This document shows positions 63,261 to 64,000 of a stretch of 64,000 nucleotides of DNA, one piece after another (the first letter of the stretch is position 1; the number at the start of each line of letters is the position of its first letter). A program made the position numbers and the translations under genes. Source of the stretch: Dicyema japonicum (Eukaryota; Animalia; Dicyemida); contig RDEW01000037.1 in NCBI GenBank assembly GCA_011109175.1, forward strand, positions 450,079-514,078. Reading direction: 5' to 3'. The notes below the pieces were generated by a model. It had not been told where the DNA came from, searched no databases, and saw only the letters and a program-made list of their open reading frames with translations.

Positions 63261-64000
63261 AGAAAATTAGAAGAACTTGCTAACGAAGGAGAAATAACTC
63301 AAACAAAAATGCTCGACGAGAACGAAATCTTCGCCCTTTTTGCGACGAAACGTAACGGCCAAAAGCGAATACTCCATAAATATTATTCCAATGGATCTAG
63401 TGTGGCGATAAAATTAAGGACGACCATAAAAATAGGTTGCCATTCTTCTGTGTCGTCGAGGAAGCATGTATTGACTCTGCTGAGGATGACCATATAAGGG
63501 GGACATCCGTATGATGACTTCATTGTCTTACAGTTAATTAAATTGTAAGGAAAAACGTTTCCTGCAATTGTATTTAGGAGAACAGCTGAGAATAAACTGC
63601 TACTAATTTATTAACCACAAAACCATAAGAAGATAAGAGTTATCGTTCAATTAAGTGATCCTGGTGTCCATGCCTTGTTTCCTCTATTCCTGCAAACTGA
63701 GAAATGTTCAAAAATTCTAATTGCCTGACCTAATATGACTGACCTACTTATCCCGCAGACTCGGAGATGGAATGAATGAAAATTCTAAAGACCAAGGTAT
63801 CATTAAACATGCAATCCCGACACTCTCCAGCAGAGATCTCATCTTTACCCAATGTTTACACAAACACATATCGAGCGTATAATCGGGTGATTATTATTAT
63901 TATTATTATTAAATTCTTATAAATTAAGGATGGTGTCTATTATTTTAAAAGATTAATAATAACTGACAGCAAAAATAATAAATATTTATATAAAAAACAT

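Overview
AT-rich eukaryotic nuclear DNA, almost certainly from an animal: HP1 has a metazoan-type chromoshadow domain and DHFR is stand-alone, not fused to thymidylate synthase. Genes are extremely compact and split by ultrashort spliceosomal introns. I could place about 37 introns of 21-28 nt by hand, which explains why the ORF track misses or fragments most real genes. This architecture fits a dicyemid mesozoan; other reduced parasitic animals such as myxozoans or orthonectids are not excluded, and the identity is inference only. Reconstructed host genes are RNASEH2B, a ZIFL/DHA1-type MFS transporter (with a stop and a frameshift), a decayed multi-Ig gene, an orphan secreted-protein gene plus its decayed paralog, a PAGR1-like gene, DHFR head-to-head with an SLC25A26-like carrier, a PAR/NFIL3-like bZIP, HP1 and a PIM-like pseudokinase. 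Most remaining sequence is decayed TEs: RTE-like and other APE-RT LINEs, CRE-like RLE retroelements, Tigger/pogo, MULE/FLYWCH, MITEs and two tRNA-derived SINE families. Best leads: (1) a possible newborn 20-nt micro-intron that repairs a 47-bp frameshifting duplication in the PAGR1-like gene; (2) an obligatory non-canonical 23-nt intron in DHFR (GT-TG or GC-AG); (3) three virus-like 2A motifs at the N-termini of LINE ORFs. About 11 exact or near-exact 90-250 bp tandem duplications between 44 and 63.3 kb look like assembly artefacts. TE boundaries are approximate; all splice models are predictions made without RNA data.
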